Below, in pieces: positions 41,002-50,630 of a stretch of 64,000 nucleotides of DNA. The notes beneath the pieces were generated by a model. The model made no database searches. It worked only from the letters and a program-made list of their open reading frames with translations, and was not told the DNA's origin. The stretch comes from Candidatus Daviesbacteria bacterium (lineage in GTDB: Bacteria > Patescibacteriota > Microgenomatia > Daviesbacterales > UBA10151). Location: the NCBI GenBank assembly GCA_030699125.1, contig JAUYKM010000011.1, positions 36,937 through 100,936 of the forward strand, given 5' to 3'. Both the position numbers and the translations under genes were made by a program. Position 1 is the stretch's first letter. Each line of letters opens with the position of its first letter.

Positions 41002-41715
41002 TCATAATTCCTTTGGCATAGATAGCATTAAATATTCCAGAATGGCTCGGATATTAACATTTTGAGCAGCCCACTGCTCAGCTTGCAAAAGTTCCTTCAA
41101 GAAATTCTTATAATCCGTGTTCCCACTTGTCAAGTGGGAAGCTAGATTTTGGTGAAAGTAGCTCACCAAAGAGTGTAAAAATTCTTTCCTGTCTTTTAAT
41201 TTTTCAATATATTCAAATCTTTGCTCAACAGAAATCCTTAAAAGCCTTTCTACGTCCTGAGAATAATCTTTTTCCTGTAAACTGCCGCCTTTGGCGAGCC
41301 TCGCCTCTGGCGGGTAACCTGTAACCTGTAACCTGATTATTTGGCATCTAGACAGAACCGTGGGTAAAAGTTTGGACTCAGAATCTGTGGCCATGATAAA
41401 TATAGCATCTTCGGGCAGTTCCTCCAAAGTTTTTAATAAGGCATTTTGAGCCTCTTCAGTTAGATTGGAAGCCTCTTCTAAAACTACTGCTTTGCCCTTT
41501 GATTGCAAAGGCTTAAAAGAGAGGTGTTTTTTGATTTCTCTGGCTTGTTCTATACCCATTTTTTGAGTTGAATCCAGATAAAGCAGATCAGAATGAGGGT
41601 TGCTCGTACCAGCTTCTTTCAAGATCTCTCCAATCTTTCTATTTATTTTTTCTAAATCAGCTGAAATTAAAAGTTTGGCAATCACATTTTGGATAATACT
41701 TGATGATTGACACAA
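41002..41715 (-). CDS. holB: DNA polymerase III delta' subunit-like protein (short form)
   Basis: IFIMATDSESKLLPTVLSRCQI (SRC sensor motif). Carries an in-frame family-A element and a CCTGTAA x3 tandem. Confidence 0.6.
   Translation of the reverse strand: MCQSSSIIQNVIAKLLISADLEKINRKIGEILKEAGTSNPHSDLLYLDSTQKMGIEQAREIKKHLSFKPLQSKGKAVVLEEASNLTEEAQNALLKTLEELPEDAIFIMATDSESKLLPTVLSRCQIIRLQVTGYPPEARLAKGGSLQEKDYSQDVERLLRISVEQRFEYIEKLKDRKEFLHSLVSYFHQNLASHLTSGNTDYKNFLKELLQAEQWAAQNVNIRAILEYLMLSMPKEL
41119..41143. repeat. Family-A palindromic element in frame in holB (encodes ASHLTSGN)
   Basis: GTTCCCACTTGTCAAGTGGGAAGCT. Confidence 0.6.
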
Positions 41716-41768
41716 AGATCAACCTTTGCCCATAATAAAGATAATACCCTGGAAAAAATACAGGGATA

Positions 41769-43493
41769 TTGTTTATGGCTACACAAACTGCCCAAAATGC
41801 CCCAGCCAGTACACTGGAAGAGATTCTGTTTAAACAAGGACTGATCAATCCCGAACAACTTTCTGCCATCAAACTGGAAAGTATTAACTCCGGTCAGGCT
41901 ATTGAAGATATCATAATCCAGCATAATTTATTGCCGGCAGAAAAAATTACTCAAGCCAAAGCTCAGCTTTTGGGTGTGCCTTACATCAAACTGGAAGGTC
42001 AAGCCATTTCCACTGATGTACTAAATCTCATCCCCGAGGCAGTGGCCAGGCGCTACATCCTGATTCCCTTTGAGAAACAAAATGATGTTTTGTTTGTGGC
42101 TATGGCAGATCCTCTAGACATCCAGGTGATCCAGTTTATTGAGAAAAAGAGTGGCATGAGGATTAAGGCTTTCCTGGGTCTGTCACAGGATATCTTAAAG
42201 GCTGTTAATGATCAGTATGCCCAGAATCTAACAGCAGAGGTCACCTCTGCACTCAGAGAAGTAGCTGCCTCTAAGCCTATTGAGGTAGCTGGAGAGGGTC
42301 CTCAGGTCATCAGGGAGGCGCCTGTTTCCAATATCATCGATCAGCTTCTGGAATACGCTATAAAAGTAAGAGCTTCGGATATTCATATTGAGCCTCAAGA
42401 GGACAAAACCAGGGTGCGTTATAGAGTTGATGGTGTTTTGGCGGAGAAAATTATTTTGCCAAGAGGCGTTCATGAGGCCTTAGTTTCCAGAGTGAAAATA
42501 TTGTCTGTTCTAAAAATAGATGAAAAAAGACTGCCTCAAGACGGCAGGTTCACTTTTAAATATGGTAAAAACATCATTGACCTTCGTGTATCAATTATTC
42601 CTACTATTTTTGGGGAGAAAGTGGTCTTGAGACTTTTGCCCAAAACAACTGCTGCACCCACGCTTTTAGAATTGGGTTTAAGAGGAGTATCCCTAAAAAA
42701 TATAGAGATACAGCTTTTAAGGCCTCACGGAATCATCCTCATTTGTGGTCCCACTGGTTCCGGAAAAACTACCACTCTATATTCTCTGCTGACCAAAATT
42801 TCTACCACCAGAGTTAATATTTTAACTATCGAGGATCCGGTGGAGTACCAAATTCCCGGAGTTAATCAGGTTCAGGTAAATCCTACCATCGGGCTTACCT
42901 TTGCCTCGGCTTTGCGCTCTTTTTTAAGGCAGGATCCTAACATCATGATGGTGGGAGAGATTCGTGATACAGAAACAGCAGAATTGGCAGTACAGGCGGC
43001 TCTAACTGGCCACCAGGTATTTTCCACAGTTCATACCAACTCATCTGCAGGAGCTGCTCCCAGACTGCTTGATATGGGGGTTGAGCCGTTTTTGCTCTCT
43101 TCTGCTTTGAATGCAATATTAGGACAACGAGTGGTCAGAAAGATTTGTCAATACTGTAGAACTACTTATAGTCCTCCCCCGGAAATTTTGGATAATATTA
43201 AAACTACCCTCAGTAAATTGACCCCGCAAAATATTGGTACTAACATAAAGTTATATAAGGGTAAAGGCTGTCAGAAGTGCAACAATACCGGTTATTTGGG
43301 TAGGGTGGGTATCTTTGAAGTTTTGGTGGTGAGCTCAAATATGGCGAGATTGATATTGGAGAGGGCTACTTTGCAAGGGATTGAAAAAGCGGCCGTCTCC
43401 GAAGGTATGATTACCATGAAACAGGACGGTTATTTAAAGGTGTTAGAAGGGGTTACTACCATGGAGGAGGTGTTAAGGGTAGCACAGGATTAA
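41769..43493 (+). CDS. pilB: Type IV pilus assembly ATPase PilB (GspE family, with N-terminal T2SE_N domain)
   Basis: Walker A GPTGSGKTTT, Asp/His boxes, tetracysteine CQYC...CQKC. Confidence 0.9.
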   Translation: MFMATQTAQNAPASTLEEILFKQGLINPEQLSAIKLESINSGQAIEDIIIQHNLLPAEKITQAKAQLLGVPYIKLEGQAISTDVLNLIPEAVARRYILIPFEKQNDVLFVAMADPLDIQVIQFIEKKSGMRIKAFLGLSQDILKAVNDQYAQNLTAEVTSALREVAASKPIEVAGEGPQVIREAPVSNIIDQLLEYAIKVRASDIHIEPQEDKTRVRYRVDGVLAEKIILPRGVHEALVSRVKILSVLKIDEKRLPQDGRFTFKYGKNIIDLRVSIIPTIFGEKVVLRLLPKTTAAPTLLELGLRGVSLKNIEIQLLRPHGIILICGPTGSGKTTTLYSLLTKISTTRVNILTIEDPVEYQIPGVNQVQVNPTIGLTFASALRSFLRQDPNIMMVGEIRDTETAELAVQAALTGHQVFSTVHTNSSAGAAPRLLDMGVEPFLLSSALNAILGQRVVRKICQYCRTTYSPPPEILDNIKTTLSKLTPQNIGTNIKLYKGKGCQKCNNTGYLGRVGIFEVLVVSSNMARLILERATLQGIEKAAVSEGMITMKQDGYLKVLEGVTTMEEVLRVAQD

Positions 43494-43497
43494 ATTT

Positions 43498-44550
43498 ATG
43501 ACCATTCATCAATTTTTAGAATTAACCATTGCCAGAGATGCATCTGATTTACATTTAATTGTGGGCTTTGAACCGCAGCTGAGGATTCATGGAGAACTAT
43601 TGCCTGTTCCAGGAACCTCGCCCCTAACAACTGAGGACGTTCAAAACTTGCTTGAGCCTTTAATGAATTTAAATCAGAAAAAAACTTATCTAAATAATTT
43701 GGAATTGGATTTTTCCTACCAGCTGGAGAATAAAGGCAGGTTTAGGATTAATGCCTATTTTCAAAAAGGGGCTCCGGCAGTTGCCCTCAGATTAATCCCC
43801 TTTCATATCAGACCTTTGGATGAGTTGGGATTTCCACAGGTGATTAGCAAGTTGCCGGATTTGGAACAAGGTTTTGTCTTAATTACCGGTCCCACCGGTC
43901 ATGGTAAATCCACTACCCTGGCTGCCTTTATTAATCAAATAAACCACAACCGGGCCGCACATATCATCACTATTGAGGACCCTATTGAATATGTCTACCC
44001 TAAGGGGAAGTCAATTATTTCTCAAAGGGAGATGTATAGGGATTCTCGCGATTGGCCGTATGCCTTAAGGGCCGCATTAAGGGAAGATCCTAATGTGGTG
44101 TTGATTGGCGAGATGAGGGATTTGGAAACCATTGCATCTGCCATGACCATTGCCGAAACCGGACATCTGGTCTTTGCCACACTGCATACCAACTCGGCCG
44201 CCCAGTCAGTTGATAGAATTGTGGATGTTTTCCCAGAGAATCAGCAGCCGCAAATAAGATTGCAGCTGGCTGCGACCCTTGAGGCAATTATCTCTTTAAG
44301 ACTCGTGCCAACTATTAATCCGGGTAGAATTTTGGCGGTGGAGATTTTGTTTGCCTCAGCAGCAGTCAGAAACATCATCAGGGAAGGCAAGACGCACCTG
44401 ATTGATAATCTGATTCAAACATCAGGCGAGTTAGGTATGACTACCTTGGAAAACTCCCTGGCATCATTAGTTAAATCAGGCAAAATTTCCCGGGAGGTAG
44501 CTTTAAGGCATGCACTTAGACCAGAGCTTCTAAGCAAGCTGATAAGATAG
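43498..44550 (+). CDS. pilT: Twitching-motility (retraction) ATPase PilT
   Basis: GPTGHGKSTT, AIRNIIREGK PilT signature. Confidence 0.9.
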   Translation: MTIHQFLELTIARDASDLHLIVGFEPQLRIHGELLPVPGTSPLTTEDVQNLLEPLMNLNQKKTYLNNLELDFSYQLENKGRFRINAYFQKGAPAVALRLIPFHIRPLDELGFPQVISKLPDLEQGFVLITGPTGHGKSTTLAAFINQINHNRAAHIITIEDPIEYVYPKGKSIISQREMYRDSRDWPYALRAALREDPNVVLIGEMRDLETIASAMTIAETGHLVFATLHTNSAAQSVDRIVDVFPENQQPQIRLQLAATLEAIISLRLVPTINPGRILAVEILFASAAVRNIIREGKTHLIDNLIQTSGELGMTTLENSLASLVKSGKISREVALRHALRPELLSKLIR

Positions 44551-44554
44551 AATA

Positions 44555-45757
44555 ATGGCTATTTTCATTTACAAAGGTAAGGATAAACAAAGTGTTGAGA
44601 GGTCCGGTGAAATTGAGTCTTCTGATCCCAGAAGCGCAGCTTCAATATTAAGAAAACGGGGTCTGATTGTGGTATCTGTTAAGGTTAAAGAAATTCCTTT
44701 TGGTTCAGGTATTGAGAGCATTTTCAACAAAGTATCATTTTCCGATTTGGTCAGATTTACCAGACAACTTGCTACCATGATTGGGGCAGGTTTGGTTTTA
44801 TCAGAGGCTTTGGATATCTTAGATGAACAGGAGGAAAATAAAAAACTTAAAAAAGCCCTGGGAGAGATCTCGGATGCGGTCAAAGGAGGGATGACTCTGG
44901 CCCAATCATTTTCCAGACATCCGGAGATTTTCCCTGCCATCTACGTAAACTTAGTCAAAAGCGGTGAGGCTTCCGGTAAATTAGACCAGGTGCTTTTAAA
45001 GATGGCAGATAATCTGGAAAAAGAAAGGGAATTTAGGGCAAGAATTAAAGGAGCCCTTATTTATCCAATGGTGGTAATTATTATGATGGTGGCGGTGATA
45101 GTATTAATGATTACTTTTGTCATCCCGCGACTCACTGCTCTTTATACTGATGCCCAAATCGATCTGCCGCTGCCCACCAAAATTCTAATTGCGGTGTCTT
45201 CCTTTTTTACCACTTTTTGGTGGGCCTTACTGATTGCTTTAGCAGCAGGTATTTATGGACTCAGACGCTGGGGAAAAACCCAGGAGGGAAAATTGGTTTT
45301 AGACAAGCTGCTCTTAAAAATGCCTATTGTAGGTAAAATTATCACTTCAGTTACATTAACTAATTTTACCAGAACCTTTGGCTTATTGGTTTCAGCAGGC
45401 ATTCCCCTACTTGAGGCCATCAATATTGTTTCCGATATTACCGATAACTCTGTTTTTAAAAGGTCCTTAAAAGAATCATATATTGGTGTGGAAAGGGGTT
45501 TGCCTTTTTCCACTCTTCTCCCCTCCCCGCTTTTCCCCAGAATTGTAGGTCAGATGGTTAAAGTCGGCGAAGAAACAGGAAAAGTGGATGAGATATTTTT
45601 TAAGCTGTCAGATTATTTTGAGTCAGAGGCAGACCATATGGTGAAAAACTTGACTGTTGCCATTGAGCCAATCATTCTGATCATTTTGGGAATTGGAGTA
45701 GGGTTTTTAGTCATATCAATCATTTTGCCAATATATAAGTTGACAACGTCATTTTAA
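44555..45757 (+). CDS. pilC: Type IV pilus platform protein PilC (GspF family)
   Basis: Two GspF repeats, 3 TM. Confidence 0.9.
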   Translation: MAIFIYKGKDKQSVERSGEIESSDPRSAASILRKRGLIVVSVKVKEIPFGSGIESIFNKVSFSDLVRFTRQLATMIGAGLVLSEALDILDEQEENKKLKKALGEISDAVKGGMTLAQSFSRHPEIFPAIYVNLVKSGEASGKLDQVLLKMADNLEKEREFRARIKGALIYPMVVIIMMVAVIVLMITFVIPRLTALYTDAQIDLPLPTKILIAVSSFFTTFWWALLIALAAGIYGLRRWGKTQEGKLVLDKLLLKMPIVGKIITSVTLTNFTRTFGLLVSAGIPLLEAINIVSDITDNSVFKRSLKESYIGVERGLPFSTLLPSPLFPRIVGQMVKVGEETGKVDEIFFKLSDYFESEADHMVKNLTVAIEPIILIILGIGVGFLVISIILPIYKLTTSF

Positions 45758-45828
45758 TTTATTTGGCTACTTGACTAACTATATAATTTTATGAATACAA
45801 TGGATTAGATAGAAAATCCTGAAGGGAG

Positions 45829-46389
45829 GTGAAGTTTTTGAAGAAATCTGCTCAACCATTTAAAGGTTTTACTTTGGTAGAGCTTTTGGTGGTTATTGCT
45901 ATTATTGCTATTTTGGCAGCAGTGGTGGTACTTATTATTAATCCTTTGGAGTTGACCAGAAGAGGAAGGGATGCAGCTAGACTGCAAGACTTGGCTCACC
46001 TTCAACAAGCCATTAACGTGGCCGTACAGGAAGCTACTCAGTCAGGTTCAGACATTCTTTGTAGCGGATCCAGTTATCCTTGCACAGGTGCTTCTCATAC
46101 AGGAACCAGGGATTCTGATGGAACCGGTTGGGTTTTAGTTAATCTAGGATCACAACAAGCTGTATCAGTTCCTACTTTGCCTGCAGATCCGACCAACAGT
46201 ACTGCTTTTCATTATACGTACTGCGCGGATGATGCACCAGGCACCGATGCTTGGGAAATCGACACGGCTTTGGAATCTGACCAACAGTCAGATAAGATGA
46301 CCACAGATGGTGGGAATGAGGATACCAGGTATGAGGTTGGTTCTAATTTGACCATTATTGCCGCCTCAGGTGGAAGTTGCGCATATTAA
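45829..46389 (+). CDS. Type IV (major?) pilin, class III leader
   Basis: MKFLKKSAQPFKG|FTLVELLVVIAIIAILAAVV; Cys pairs in the C-terminal domain. Confidence 0.8.
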   Translation: MKFLKKSAQPFKGFTLVELLVVIAIIAILAAVVVLIINPLELTRRGRDAARLQDLAHLQQAINVAVQEATQSGSDILCSGSSYPCTGASHTGTRDSDGTGWVLVNLGSQQAVSVPTLPADPTNSTAFHYTYCADDAPGTDAWEIDTALESDQQSDKMTTDGGNEDTRYEVGSNLTIIAASGGSCAY

Positions 46390-47305
46390 AGTGGTAGTAA
46401 TAGGTTTTTTATGGGGAACAGTCCTTGGTAGTTTTGTCAAGGCACTGGCCGATCGCAGCTTAACCAAAAGGACTTTTTTGGGAAGGTCATACTGCCCTAA
46501 TTGTAAGAAGGTTTTACGCTGGTATGACCTTCTTCCTATCCTGTCCCATCTTCTTTTAAAAGGTAGATGCAGGTATTGTCATAGGAAGATTGGCGTGGAG
46601 TATGTGGTAGTAGAGGTAGTGATGGGAATTCTGGTGGGCTATCTGTTTTTCCAGACCTTCAATAATTTTCAATCCTTCGACTCACTCAATTCGCTCAGGA
46701 CAAGTTTTCAATTTCTAAATTTATTATTTGAGCTTGTATATAAGGTTTTCTTTATCATCGTTTTGGCAATTCTTTTCCTGACAGACTTGAAAAAAATGAT
46801 AATTCCAGACAGGATTGTTATCCCTTCTATTATTATTGCTTTTTTGGCTTTGTTGGTCATAACCGGCTATAAAATTGGTTACCTTTATTATTATCTTTCA
46901 GCGCATCCCGTTGGTCAGTATCTACTTCCTCCCCACAGCCTGTATTTTCAGGAACATGCTTTAGTTCATTTACAATCATCTGCTTTGGCAGTAGTTTCCG
47001 GTTTGGTTTTGGCATCATTTTTTCTGCTCCTGATTATTATTACCAAAGGTAAGGGTATGGGAGGAGGAGATGTTAAACTGGCCCTCTTCATGGGCTTGGG
47101 ATTGGGTTTTCCTAATATAATAGTAGCAACCATGTTATCTTTTATAATAGGAGCCGTTTTTTCAGTGGGACTAATTATTTTTGGCAAAAAAGGTTTTAGG
47201 TCAGTTATTCCTTTCGGACCATTTCTGGTCATCGGATCTCTCCTGGCCTTATTTTGGGGAGAGGAAATTATTGATTGGTATTTTCAATTATCCCTACTCT
47301 TTTGA
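46358..47305 (+). CDS. pilD: Prepilin peptidase PilD (A24)
   Basis: CPNC...CRYC zinc motif, GGGDVKL catalytic Asp motif, polytopic. Confidence 0.85.
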   Translation: MPPQVEVAHIKVVVIGFLWGTVLGSFVKALADRSLTKRTFLGRSYCPNCKKVLRWYDLLPILSHLLLKGRCRYCHRKIGVEYVVVEVVMGILVGYLFFQTFNNFQSFDSLNSLRTSFQFLNLLFELVYKVFFIIVLAILFLTDLKKMIIPDRIVIPSIIIAFLALLVITGYKIGYLYYYLSAHPVGQYLLPPHSLYFQEHALVHLQSSALAVVSGLVLASFFLLLIIITKGKGMGGGDVKLALFMGLGLGFPNIIVATMLSFIIGAVFSVGLIIFGKKGFRSVIPFGPFLVIGSLLALFWGEEIIDWYFQLSLLF

Positions 47306-47359
47306 ATTAACTCTTGACAAATAAGTTACCATATATCAATAATTAAATATAGATTATAA

Positions 47360-47917
47360 ATGAAAAAGTTACTGCCCAATTTTATTAGACCTCACGGTTT
47401 CACCCTAATTGAGTTAATGGTGGTGGTGGCAATTATTGCTATATTGGCTGTTATTGGATTTGCTATTTTCCAAAATGCTCAAAAAAACGCCAGAGATGGG
47501 ATAAGAAGAGGTGAAATTAATAATTTATCCAAATCCATTGAGTCCTCCAGAGATCCAACGCTAACAACAGGATATTATATATATAATGCTGCTAATTTTA
47601 CTGCGGATTATCCCACCCATACACCAAAGGATCCCCGCAAAGATGCGGCTCGTCCTAAGTATTGCGTATCTACATCTAATTCAGCTACTAATCCATTTAC
47701 CGTTAATCCGACTATATGGTCAGATCCAACTGTTTGTCCAAGCGGCGGGCCTGCTGGCTCTACAGCTTATGCAGCTATTGTAAGCGAGAGTGGGGTTTAT
47801 CAGACCATAGGTAACGCCTTGGCAGGTGCCGGAGGAGCAAGGCACTGGGAAATTTGTGCCTTATTGGAGGTACCTACTGGTGCCAATAGCATATTCTGTA
47901 TTAGTAATTCTCAATAA
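47360..47917 (+). CDS. Prepilin-type protein
   Basis: PHG|FTLIELMVVVAIIAILA. Confidence 0.75.
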   Translation: MKKLLPNFIRPHGFTLIELMVVVAIIAILAVIGFAIFQNAQKNARDGIRRGEINNLSKSIESSRDPTLTTGYYIYNAANFTADYPTHTPKDPRKDAARPKYCVSTSNSATNPFTVNPTIWSDPTVCPSGGPAGSTAYAAIVSESGVYQTIGNALAGAGGARHWEICALLEVPTGANSIFCISNSQ

Positions 47918-47928
47918 CGTCCTATATC

Positions 47929-48495
47929 TTGACACTAGAGTCAAACTCTTTCATACTAATATTAGTGAATATTTTACTGCCCCTGAGCGAGACTTCGACG
48001 GTGAGCTCAGTCGAACCGCGAAGTGAGTCGAAGGGTTTTACCCTGATAGAACTGTTGGTGGTGATCTCCATAATTTCCATTTTGGCTACCATCGGTATTG
48101 CTTCTTACCAAGGAGCCCAGAAAAACGCCCGGGATGCCAGACGTAGAAATGATGTAGATGTAATTGCCAAATCATTGGAGGTAAACAAGGCTCAAAATAC
48201 CCTTTATTACCCTATAATTGATCCCACCTGGTTTGAATCAGGTGCTGTACCCATAGATACCACTACTGCCAAATATTGCATTCTGTATAGAGAAAGTGGA
48301 ACTATTGCCAAACCCAATACCTGGCTGACGACTGCTTCCTGTCCTCCGGCGGTAGAGGGAGATACAAATGTGGCGGCTATTCCTGCAACCGGTAATGTGC
48401 CGGTTGTTGTTCCCGGCTATGCTGTCTTTAAAATTTGCGCCAGACTGGAACAAGGTACCCAACCTAATATTTTCTGCCGCAGCAATATCCAATGA
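47929..48495 (+). CDS. Prepilin-type protein with atypically long leader containing a GC-rich hairpin sequence
   Basis: ...SESKG|FTLIELLVVISII. The 5' region carries GAGCGAGACTTCGACGGTGAGCTCAGTCGAACCGCGAAGTGAGTCGAAG. True start uncertain (in-frame GTG at ~47989). Confidence 0.65.
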   Translation: MTLESNSFILILVNILLPLSETSTVSSVEPRSESKGFTLIELLVVISIISILATIGIASYQGAQKNARDARRRNDVDVIAKSLEVNKAQNTLYYPIIDPTWFESGAVPIDTTTAKYCILYRESGTIAKPNTWLTTASCPPAVEGDTNVAAIPATGNVPVVVPGYAVFKICARLEQGTQPNIFCRSNIQ

Positions 48496-49031
48496 AAGTT
48501 AGTAGCGGTTTTACTTTAATAAGGACCTGCTTCGCTTCGCGATATGAGAAATTGTATCACTCACTCGCAGAACCCTGTAAGGGTTTTACCCTTATAGAAC
48601 TTCTCATAGCCGTATCCATTATTGCTCTGCTTATGACGATTGGCGCTATCTCTTATATGGGGTTTTTAAGAACAACCAGAGATACCTCCAGACAAACTGA
48701 TTTAAAAACTATCCAGTCTGTTTTGGAGCAATACCATGCTGATTTACACTTTTACCCCACTGCCCAATTTACTTTTGCCGGTCAAAGGTTTACCAATGCT
48801 TCAGGCAGAGCCGGAAACCCCCAGGTAACTAAAACTTATTTAAACAACACACCTAAAGAACAATGGACTCAAACTGCACCTTATTTATATGTGCCACTTC
48901 CCGCAGGATGCGGTGAAGTTGCTCCGCTTTGTTCCAACTACTGTTTATATGCTCGTTTAGAAGGAACAAGCCCTGGATTAGGCAGCTGTGCTACTCAGAC
49001 AGTTTATAACTATGCCGTCAGCCAACCATGA
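48492..49031 (+). CDS. Prepilin-type protein whose leader is interrupted in frame by a 51-nt MITE-like element plus ~19-bp duplication
   Basis: MKVSSGFTLI-[RTCFASRYEKLYHSLAEPCK]-GFTLIELLIAVSII. Removing the element plus one repeat restores a canonical prepilin. Confidence 0.7.
   Translation: MKVSSGFTLIRTCFASRYEKLYHSLAEPCKGFTLIELLIAVSIIALLMTIGAISYMGFLRTTRDTSRQTDLKTIQSVLEQYHADLHFYPTAQFTFAGQRFTNASGRAGNPQVTKTYLNNTPKEQWTQTAPYLYVPLPAGCGEVAPLCSNYCLYARLEGTSPGLGSCATQTVYNYAVSQP
48523..48573. repeat. Family-B MITE-like element GGACCTGCTTCGCTTCGCGATATGAG...CTCGCAGAACC with imperfect TIRs (GGACCTGC/GCAGAACC), flanked by direct repeats GGTTTTACYYTAATAGAA
   Basis: ~75% identical inverted copy at 58792-58846. 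Confidence 0.65.
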
Positions 49032-49567
49032 AAAATTTTGGTTATACTTTAATAGAACTAATGGTAGGAGTGTCAATTCTAGCTATTTTTTCCGTAGTGG
49101 CTCTTTTGCAATTCCGCACCTTTGGTGAAGATAAAATTCTTACCTCAGCTGCAAATGATGTTCAATCTTTTATCCGGACAGCACAGACCAATGCTTCAAC
49201 AGGAGTACTTTGTACCGGCAATGGTGGGGCATCCTGGAGTGTGGTTATAAATACCAACCAGATAAATATGGACCATCTATGTAGCTATGGAGACCCGCCT
49301 GTAACATTTACTCCCCCCAATAATCTAAAGCTGCCTCCCAATATTATAATAAACTCCATGGTTTCCCCTTTTTGTCAGTCTGTTTATCCCCAGATGGGTG
49401 GAGCTTTAACTTTAATCTATGCTCCGATAACCGGAGGAGTAACATTTGAAACACAAGAACAATGCATTAAAGACGGAGTGAATCTGACTATTACTTTGGT
49501 AAACACCAAAACAAGTACTTCTAAAGATGTTATTATAGATAAAGGAGGTGCGGTGGATGTTAAATAG
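49028..49567 (+). CDS. Pseudopilin/minor pilin
   Basis: MKNFG|YTLIELMVGVSILAIF. Confidence 0.7.
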   Translation: MKNFGYTLIELMVGVSILAIFSVVALLQFRTFGEDKILTSAANDVQSFIRTAQTNASTGVLCTGNGGASWSVVINTNQINMDHLCSYGDPPVTFTPPNNLKLPPNIIINSMVSPFCQSVYPQMGGALTLIYAPITGGVTFETQEQCIKDGVNLTITLVNTKTSTSKDVIIDKGGAVDVK

Positions 49568-50075
49568 TAGAGGGCAGACTTTAATTGAGCTTTTGGTGGT
49601 GGTGACTGTGGCGATTATCGTCATCACAGCCTTAGTTTTTGCCACTATCACCTCCCTCCGCAATGCCGAGCTTTCCAAAAATCAGATTCAAGCTTCCAAG
49701 TATGCTCAAGAAGGTATAGAAAAGGTCAGATCAATCAGGAATAGAGATGGTGAGCTCATCTTTACTGACGGCGGAGGTCCTATTGATAAATTTTCCGGTC
49801 TCTGGAATAAACAGCTGAACAGCTCCTGTGTAGATTATTGTTATTTTAAGCTTTACAGACAGGATAGGGATGCAGATGGGAATCCTGATGATTACCTAAA
49901 CTCCGAGACAATCAGCTCTTTTGAGGATTTAACTGGTGAGTTTCAAAGACAGGTTCAAATGATAGATAATTCTACTACATATAGTTTGGAAAAAACTATC
50001 AATGTGATAGTTAAATGGAGAGATTTTGCCGGAGAGCATGAGTCGAAACTGACAACTGTTTTAGGGAAAATATGA
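49548..50075 (+). CDS. Pseudopilin/minor pilin
   Basis: NSRG|QTLIELLVVVTVAIIV. Confidence 0.7.
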   Translation: MRWMLNSRGQTLIELLVVVTVAIIVITALVFATITSLRNAELSKNQIQASKYAQEGIEKVRSIRNRDGELIFTDGGGPIDKFSGLWNKQLNSSCVDYCYFKLYRQDRDADGNPDDYLNSETISSFEDLTGEFQRQVQMIDNSTTYSLEKTINVIVKWRDFAGEHESKLTTVLGKI

Positions 50076-50623
50076 GAAAAGGGTTCACTGTGGTAGAGAT
50101 TTTGGTAGTGGTGGGAGTTTTGACTGTGACGAGTGTAATTTTTGTGGAGATTTTTTTCAGATCTTTAAGAGGAGGCAATCAGGCTCAAACTTTAGGAGTG
50201 ATTAAACAGAATGGCCAGCAAGCCATTGAGCTTATGGATAAAAATATCAGACTGGCAGATAATGTAGTTTGTATTGGTAGTATTGGCAGTGGCGCTGATA
50301 ATACTTTGGTGATTGAAAAGGAAAAAAATTACACCAGATTCAGATTTATTTCCCCCACTTCCAGTAAGAATGGTTATATCTCGCAGGATAATGTAGATAA
50401 CTGCACTGCTCCCTCTCCTGCCGGCAGTTTGATTATCTTGACAAATACTAATCCCGTAGGTGGTGTATCAGTATTATCCGGAAGTTTTCAAAAGGATACA
50501 CAAGCCGGTTTTAAGGATGTTATTCTGATTAATTTTACGATTGGCCCTGGCGTAGGTGTGCCTAAGAGTTTAACCGACAATATTGACCCACTGGAATTTA
50601 CCACCAGTGTGGAGTTAAGATAA
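50072..50623 (+). CDS. Pseudopilin/minor pilin
   Basis: MRKG|FTVVEILVVVGVLTV. Confidence 0.7.
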   Translation: MRKGFTVVEILVVVGVLTVTSVIFVEIFFRSLRGGNQAQTLGVIKQNGQQAIELMDKNIRLADNVVCIGSIGSGADNTLVIEKEKNYTRFRFISPTSSKNGYISQDNVDNCTAPSPAGSLIILTNTNPVGGVSVLSGSFQKDTQAGFKDVILINFTIGPGVGVPKSLTDNIDPLEFTTSVELR

Positions 50624-50630
50624 AAAAAGT

